DNA from: Squalus acanthias
Lineage: Eukaryota
DNA: 64,000 nucleotides
Reading direction: 5' to 3'
NCBI GenBank assembly: GCA_030390025.1
Contig: CM059431.1
Span: 113,338,001 to 113,402,000 of the forward strand
Part shown: one piece after another, positions 60,572-64,000 of the stretch
Layout of the letters: every line of letters starts with the position of its first letter
How positions within the stretch are numbered: position 1 is the stretch's first letter
Position numbers and translations under genes: made by a program
The notes under the pieces: model-generated
Told to the model about the DNA's origin: nothing
Databases searched by the model: none
The model's input: the letters and a program-made list of their open reading frames with translations, nothing else

Positions 60572-62110
60572 ATTTGTACTACAGCATTGGAGTGCTGCAA
60601 ACACTGATAATGACTGCACAGAGGCAGAGGGCTGCACCCAGGTTCTCCGATGACTCTCTCCATATGCTTCTGGAGGGAATCAGAGTATGCAGGGAGATCC
60701 TCTTCCTTTACGATGGGTGGAAGAGACCTCCCCAGGAGACCAAAACAGCCTGGTTGCACATTGCACAGGAGGGCACAAGCAGGGATGTGTTCAGGAAGAC
60801 CTGGGTGCAGTGGCACAAACCTTACAATGATCTCATTAGATCATGAAACATTAGTACAAAGCCACACTCAACCTCATCCTACTGTGCCTCTCATCACATC
60901 CTCATCACTCTGCCTTCCCTACCCTACTCCTGCATATCCTTACTCACACCAACTTACCTTGCACCTCCACCCATCCCTCTCTATCTACATTATCGCATCC
61001 CCATCTCATTGGCCACCCCTCACACCCACCATCATCCTAGTGCAATTATATCAACTAACAATACACAAGGGTAGCTACTTGTGTGTTTTATCCAATGTTT
61101 ATGTAAAGTTTCTGTTAATGTGGTGTCAAACATAAAAATCTTTATTTTCAGCACTTTCCAGTCTTGGACAGATTTGTGTGCACCTTTGGAAGTGGCTTAG
61201 TGAGTTGCAGTGAATGGTGAGTCATAACGGTAATCCCCCCCTCCTGATGAGTGTGAAAGGAATGGCTTGGGCATTGTAGAGATGCTTTCTGGTGTTGGTG
61301 TGGGGTGGTGTTAACCTGGCGCATCATGTGGCAGCCATATAGTGTACAGCGTAAAGTTAACTAAATCTGGCCATGATGCAGCCATCCCTGGCCTCCCAGG
61401 CAGCAATGTGCTCGGGTGCTGATTTCCTCTGTCCTGTGCAGCATCAGGTGATTGCGGAGATGGTTGGTGTTGTTGTTGGTGCTGCTGGTGTGTCTGGTGC
61501 TGCTGGTGTTGGGGCTCATCGTTGTCCGATTCTGAGGACCAAGGTGAGACAGTATAAAAGGCACCCATGTTGATGGAATAGATGGCAGGTGAAGTACAGA
61601 TGACAGAAGCATTCTGTCAATGGTGAGAGAGTTCTTCCAATGAGGTGAGACTGGATGGAGACTTTGCTGGAAAGACTTGCAGCCTGCAGAATCTGTGCTG
61701 GGAATGGACTGAGCAACAGCTTCTGCCCGAGGAAAGTGATCGTCTGTCAGGTGGGAGCTTTTACTGCATATTTGATGCTGCCAAGTAATCAGCTGGAGCA
61801 ATGGCCACGGAACTCCCGCCTCAGGTTGACAGACGTGCTTCCCGAGCAGCGTGGTTCCCGTGGCCATGCAGTTAAATTTAAAAAGTAAGTTAAAAAAGCC
61901 TGTTAAGGTTCTGACAACAAGCTGTTAATCATCTCAATTGGGTCCCCCGCTGCTGCCGGTCGGGTCGGCTCCTCGATGACAGATGAGCCTGGGGGGAAAG
62001 GCACGTGGGAGCGGGATGACAGAGGGTTCCTGACCCACTGTCAAAAATAGCAACTTTCCCACCCGACCCGCCATCGATCGCGCCCGCTACCACCCCGGAA
62101 AATTCCGCCC
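60572..62110. mobile_element. Non-autonomous Harbinger (family D copy 3), left end deleted
   Basis: Right terminus AAAATTCCGCCC; Myb exon 1 relic MTAQRQRAAPRFSDDSL...WVQWHKPYNDL (+); transposase 5' relic MGAFYTVSPWSSESDNDEPQHQQ (-). Confidence 0.85.
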
Positions 62111-62199
62111 TTTGTGTCAGTTTTTAGAAATGATGGTGAAAGTGAGAATATATGTACACTAGAGGATGTGGAGCTATCATACGAGATAATTGTGGAAAG

Positions 62200-62500
62200 G
62201 CCTCTAACGTTGGCCTCTTGCACACCCCCGATTTTCTTCGCTCCACCATTGGTGGCCGTGCCTTCAGCTGCCAAGGTCCTAAGCTCTGGAATTCCCTCTC
62301 TAAACCTCTCCGCCTCGTTACCTCTCTTTCCTACTTTAAGACGCTTCTTAAAACCTACACCTTTGACCAAGCTTTTGGTCATCTGCCCTAATTTCTCCTT
62401 ATGTGGCTCGGTGTCAAATTTTGTTTTATAATACTCCCGTAAAGCGCCTTGGGACGTTTTACTACATTAAAGGCACTATATAAATACAAGTTGTTGTTGT
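62200..62500 (+). mobile_element. L2-type LINE 3' end
   Basis: GGRAFSCQGPKLWNSL...FKTLLKTYTFDQAF; (GTT)n tail. Confidence 0.8.
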
Positions 62501-62604
62501 TTCTGAAAAAGCTAACAGAACTCAAAGTGGGTCAGTCACATCCTGATGGCATCAACCCTCGGTGTTGAAGGAAATCAGAGAGGAAATAGCAGAAGCTATT
62601 ATCA

Positions 62605-63062
62605 TAGGAACATAGGAGCACAGGAACAGGAGGAGGCCATTCAGACCCTCGAGCCTGTTCCGCCATTCAATGAGATCATGGCTGATCTGCGACCTAACTC
62701 CATATACCCGCCTTTGGCCCCTATCTCTTAATACCTTTGGTTAACAAAAAGTTATCAATCTCAGATTTAAAATTAACAATTGATCTAGCATCAATTACCA
62801 TTTGTGGAAGAGAGTTCCAAACTTCTACCACCCTTTGTGTGTCGAAGTGTTTCCTAATTTCACTCCTGAAAGGTCTGGCTCTAATTTTTAGACTATGCCC
62901 CCTAGTCCTAGATTCCCCAACCAGTGGAAATAGTTTCTCTCTATCTGCCCTATCAGTTCCCCTTAATATCTCGAAAACTTCGATTAGATCACCCCTTAAC
63001 CTTCTAAATTCTAGGGAATGCAATCCTAATTTGTGTAATCTCTCCTCGTAACTTAACCCTTG
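62605..63062 (-). mobile_element. CR1-like LINE 3' fragment
   Basis: ORF 62721..63077 GLSYEERLHKLGL...RGDLIEVF...VWNSLP. Confidence 0.88.
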
Positions 63063-64000
63063 ATCAGAATTTTCCAATCCTTCTTAGCTATGAAAATTGT
63101 GCTGACACAGTTCACCTGCATTTTCTTTTTACAAATACTGATGAACCTGCAGTGTATTTCCAGAATTTTGCATTTTTGGTTCTTAAACTAATAATGATTG
63201 TTCATTACTCATCATGTTACCAGTCTTAACATTTCGTTACATTTTGGTTACGTTTCGGTAGCAGGATGCAGTGGTGGAGAGTAAAATGAAAAATGGAGTA
63301 TTCATTATTGGCTGAATATTTTCAGTGAAGAAAGAAGGTTCAGGTTTAAGGCAAAAAATAACTAATTTATTTTGTATGAAACATTCACATTTGTACTGCG
63401 ATAAAGGCATTAGAAAGAAAACACAATGTTTTACAATAAAATAACTGAAATGATTATGAGAAATATACAGAAGAGAATAATAAGCATAACTCATCACTTT
63501 GAAAATTAAAACATTGTCACATTCTTGGACATGGAGCAATCATTTGTTTCAATACATTTCTGGGATATAACAGATTTTTTTTATATATATATAACAGAAA
63601 TAGTTGCTGGAATACACAAGCTGTGGCCAGGGCAATTTATATTCAGAAATACACTGTAGCTAAATTAATTGAAAAATGTAGGTGTCATATAAACAATATG
63701 TACAAGAAATTTGGAAATGACTTAGTTTTCATCAATGATATAATAACACTATGAATCAAACTGTGTGCCAATTAAATGTTAAATAATTGTGTATTTCGAA
63801 ATGATTTTTAAAAAATATACATTTACTATTTTAACAAAATAATACTGCAAAACCTTGTAGCTAAATGCACCTTTTTTAAACAAACATGAAAGTTGTAATT
63901 TAATTTGCTGACAATCTGGCCTGCTCAATGGAAATGAAGCCTTAAGAGCTTCTAGTTAGAGGCTCGGTGATGAAAGAACGGTCACAATGGTTGTAAATAC

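Overview
Eukaryotic, repeat-dense DNA, most likely intronic or intergenic sequence from a cartilaginous fish. This is inferred from HE1-like and Deu/SacSINE1-like SINEs, CR1/HER1-like and L2 LINE tails, and Penelope fragments. No host-gene exon could be supported. The window is dominated by PIF/Harbinger DNA transposons of several families. One 4200-bp element (1126-5325) looks complete: TIRs, an ACA target-site duplication (TSD), an uninterrupted DDE transposase and a convergent 3-exon Myb/SANT partner gene whose 459-aa frame I could reconstruct. A second full-length but decayed element (5511-9872) sits exactly in the predicted cleavage triplet of a candidate Penelope hammerhead ribozyme. Also present are a transposase-only derivative, a Myb-only derivative, three copies of a double-deleted non-autonomous family (one carrying a 1.7-kb solo LTR), a degenerate further family and several MITEs. 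Most TSDs are A-N-N rather than the classical TWA. All alignments were done by eye; family names need a database check.
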